64,000 nt of DNA from the human T2T-CHM13v2.0 reference genome, Homo sapiens. The stretch is taken from assembly GCF_009914755.1 (NCBI RefSeq), contig NC_060939.1; one strand, given 5' to 3'. A program made the position numbers and the translations under genes. Below, one piece after another: positions 57,174 to 64,000 of this stretch. How positions within the stretch are numbered: the stretch's first letter is position 1; each line of letters begins with the position of its first letter. A model generated the notes under the pieces. That model worked only from the letters and a program-made list of their open reading frames with translations, had not been told where the DNA came from and made no database searches.

Positions 57174-57385
57174 CAGGGGTAGTCAATCTTTTAGCTTCCC
57201 TGGACCACAATCGAAGGAGAAGAATTGTCTTGGGCCACACATAGAATACACTAACGATAAGCTGATGAGCCAAAAAAAAAAGCAAAAAAATCTCATAATG
57301 TTTCAAGAAAGTTTATGAATTTGTGTTGGGCTGCATTCAAAGCTGGCCTGGGCCACATGCAGTCCTCAGGATTTGACAAGCCTGT
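57174..57385 (+). mobile_element. MER30
   Basis: caggggtagtcaatcttttagcttccctgg...gaattgtcttgggccacacata...tttgacaagcctg. Confidence 0.85.
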
Positions 57386-57804
57386 TTCAGTATTACTTAT
57401 TTTCTCTTTTTTTCATTTTTTATTTCATTTATTTTCAGTCTTTTTTTTTTCTTCCCTTTAACTTATTTTCAGTTTACTTTGCTCTTGTTTTATTGCTTCT
57501 CAAGAAGAGAGTTAGATCTCTTCATTCCACTTTAGTTTTAGTTATGGTCAACACATTTTGTTTTCATTTTCATTCCATTCAAAATATTATGTAGTTTTCC
57601 TTGTGATTTTTCTTTTCATGGACACTTGAGTTATTTAAAAGTGTATCGTTTTTAATTTCTACTACATAGAGATATTATAGGTATGTTATTGTTGCTGATT
57701 TCTAATTCATTTATAGTATAGTTGGAGAACATACTTTCTTAGTGAATTTCCACGTACACTTGAAAAGAATGTGTATTCTGCAGATGTTGGTTCAGGGTTA
57801 TTTT

Positions 57805-58139
<335 letters not shown>

Positions 58140-59664
58140 TAGATGTCAGTTAGATCAACTGGTGGAGCTTGTGACTATGCACATCTGTGTCCTTACTGAT
58201 TTTTTATTCATCCTACAATGTAATGAGAGTTATGTTAGAATCTCCAGCTGTAATTCTAGATCTGTCTACTTGAGCAGTTTTTGCTTAAAGTATTTTGAAG
58301 CTGTCATGTGTACGCATTTAGGATTGTTAAGTCTTCCTTATAAATTCAGTCTTTCATTTTCATAACATTTTAACCTTTATTTCTGTTAAATGTCTTGATG
58401 CCTAGTTAAATTATTTGACCACCCTTTTTCTCCTGTCAAGCCTGGGACTTTGTTAGTTTGTGGTTATTTATTAGGTTTTTGCCTGTAGACTTAGACAGTG
58501 CCTCTTACTCTAGGAAAGGCTCATCCTCACGGGCCTCAGCCACATGTTCTAAGTATACTTGGTGAGTTCTGTCCACTCTGCTGTGTCCCAAATTTGTGTG
58601 ATCTCTGGCATCTCCAGTCAGCCCTCAGAAGTGCCAACCACTCTGCAGAGGCCTTGTGGAGCCTGCTTACTGTATGCACTCCCCCCAGCCCTTGGCCCCA
58701 GACCTGCAGAGAACTTTTGCATACTCTTCCAAGGCCTCACCTGTATGTAGTTCCCTCTTCTCCAGTACCTTATTCTATAAACTCCAAACATATTAGCACT
58801 GCAAGACTCTCAGCTTAGTGACAGTGACATTGCCTCATTTTTGGAGGTCTCTACCTCTCTGCGTGGTCAAGAAACTGCCATTGGGCAGAAAGCAGAAGTG
58901 TGTGTGAGATTTGCCTCCTGTGTTTTCCTGTTCTCAGATATCACAGTCCTGTTCTGCCTGTGTTCCAATCCCCGAAAACAGTTTTCTCAAATATTCTATC
59001 CAGTTTCAGTTCTCTCGTTGGTCATGGTAGGAGGGCAAGTCCATCTTGGCTGGAAGAGGAAGTCCTTCTGCATGTTTTTCTCTTTGTCCTTCCACCTTCT
59101 TTTGCATTGTGGATTTTCTAAACTTGCCGTAAAAGTAAGCATGTGCCTATTTGTGAAGGGAAAGAGAAAATCTTTTAATTTTTTAAAGCTGTTCTGTTGG
59201 TTGCTAACAAGGATCTGAAGGGATTGGTAAATAGGATGAAAGAAACTCTGTCTTTCACATGGAGAGTACCATGTGTGACATTAATAAAAATGAGCCTGTC
59301 TGTAAGCAAGGATTTTCACTGAGCTCTGCTAGATTCAGAAGTAATTGAACTTACAACATCATAGTTTGCAAAACACAGATTTGATTTACCCAGGAACTAA
59401 AGCTAAGTCAGCTATGGGTTAATAGAAGGTCTGTGAAGGTTACTTAGACTACAGTAAGATTGGGGAAGAAAATTCCATTTCCAAATCTAAGATATATCAT
59501 TCCTTTGTGCCAAGCACATAATGAAGGCAGAGATTTAAGGGGGTCCTTAGCACAGAAGCACTGGGTTAGTAAGAATGTGAGGTGAGCTGTCACACAGCCT
59601 TGATGCTAGAATGAGGGTGCCCTGGTAGTATCTTATCAGCCATGACACTGGTGCATCGGGCCAG

Positions 59665-59950
<286 letters not shown>

Positions 59951-60885
59951 GACATATGGAAACATTCTCAACTATGTGAAAATATGTGAAAAGCTTTGTT
60001 ATGCATTGTGAGACAACACAGCGGGAATATTTCACCATCTGCCTAAGGTTTAAAAGGAAATAACTTTAAGCATGTGTCTAAATAGCAAGTAATGCTTTTG
60101 AGTGGATTCTCTTAAATTCAGCTTGGGTGTCTGCAGCATATATACAGCTTGAGCTGTCACCTGACGTAGAGACAGGCAACTTCAGTGCCCACTGTTCTTA
60201 GGATCCACTGCTTTTTCACAGCTAAAACCCCCGAGTGGCACCGTTAAGTATTATGTTATGTTACTTTAGTCGCTAAACATATAAGCATACCTCCAAAGGT
60301 TGACTGTAGGCCACTTGCAGAAAGTAGGCAGAATGCTCACATTTAATTCTTGATGATACTGTGTTTAGCTTTCTTATTCTTTGAAATCCCATTGAGAAAA
60401 AATACTGGCATCTGCTCAAAGTAATTTCTTTTTCAGTTGACAATATTATAAGTAATGTTATTGTATCATTTCCCGACTTGGACAGAGTGTGAAAATTTTG
60501 AGGAGCTTGTCTGCCAGAAATTTCTTCTTCATTTGCAAAACATTAATGAGATATTATATTTAAATTATTTTATTTAATATTAAGTGTACTTGGTGAACGT
60601 GGCATAGAACATACAAAATAAAACTAATTTAAAATTATTAACTGTTACATTTATAAGAAAGGCTTGCTAATCATAACACTGTTCATAATGATTCTGAATA
60701 AAGCATTATTTCTTTTCCTGAAAACAATTGTAGCTATAACTCAATCATCTAAATTGTCATTAGTTTTATTGCTTTCTAATCATCTTTAGCTGAAATTTTA
60801 ATTTTGATTAATTTTCCTTTTCTCCATTGTTTTTGTGTGTGTGTGGAGGTAAAATATACAGAATATAGAATTTGCCAGTTTTTCT

Positions 60886-63280
<2,395 letters not shown>

Positions 63281-63913
63281 CTGAAATTTTATGTATTTTA
63301 AAATTGATTGTGAAAAGCATGAAATGTTTAGTTGAATAGAAAATTTTGTGCAGTGGAATTAACTGAATCTTTAAAACCTTTTTATTATGGAAATATCCAA
63401 ACTAATTCATACATAGAAGAATATAATGAGTCCCCCATGTGCCCAGGCCCCAGCATTAATTATCAATATTTTGCCAATCTCGTTTCAGTTACATACACAC
63501 CCCCACACACGTTTTTTCCAAGAAAATTTTAAGTAAAATCACACATACTACGTCATTTTACCCATAAGTACATAAATGTACATTTCTTGACGTGGTATGT
63601 CTTTCTCTCATCACCTGTTTTGTTCTTTACTTTTATACCTTATACTATGTCATTATCAGACCTTGTAAAATTAACAAGAATTCCTTAATATGTCATATCC
63701 AGTTAATGATTGACTCATTTCTACTCTAGTTAAAGTACAATTTAGGACAAGGTTTGAGGATATTTTTTAACATTAAGATGTAAACTTTTATAACAACTGC
63801 TAAAATAATTGTTGCTAGAGTCTAACATTTCTATTGGCAAATTGGAAATTAGTATATATAGACATAGATTCTGCTCATTTTGCTTTCAATCTAAAATCTT
63901 AGTTAAGATTACT

Positions 63914-64000
63914 GGCCGGGTGCGGTGGCTCACACCTGTAATCCCAGCACTTTGGGAGGCAGAGGCGAGTGGATCACTGGGTCAGGAGTTCAAGACCAGC
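63914..64000 (+). mobile_element. AluS, 5' part (runs off window)
   Basis: ggccgggtgcggtggctcacacctgtaatcccagcactttgggagg. Confidence 0.93.

Overview
Primate (human or great-ape type) genomic DNA, mostly interspersed repeats (L1PA and L1M LINEs, Alu, L2, MIR, MaLR LTRs, hAT and MULE DNA transposons). The only recognisable gene is the 5' end of an FRG1 paralog on the + strand. It has a CpG-island promoter (about 51.3-52.3 kb), exon 1 with an intact ATG (51940-52001) and exon 2 (54151-54217). Exon 2 carries a frameshift and a destroyed splice donor, so this is a segmental-duplication pseudogene copy rather than canonical FRG1; exon 3 would lie beyond the window. The most unusual structures are: (1) a full-length 7SL retrocopy with a 31-bp segment expanded into a 9-copy GC-rich minisatellite; (2) a TIR-to-TIR Ricksha (MULE) transposon containing a nested FLAM, THE1 provirus and Alu; (3) two young L1s with 5' inversions, one forming a perfect 13-bp hairpin; (4) a potential 55-aa basic FRG1 micro-peptide created by the donor loss. 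I found no convincing new multi-gene system, and nearly all ORF-track entries are repeat-derived or spurious. Repeat subfamily calls and comparisons with canonical FRG1, 7SL and L1 come from recalled consensus sequences. Boundaries of old repeats are approximate.
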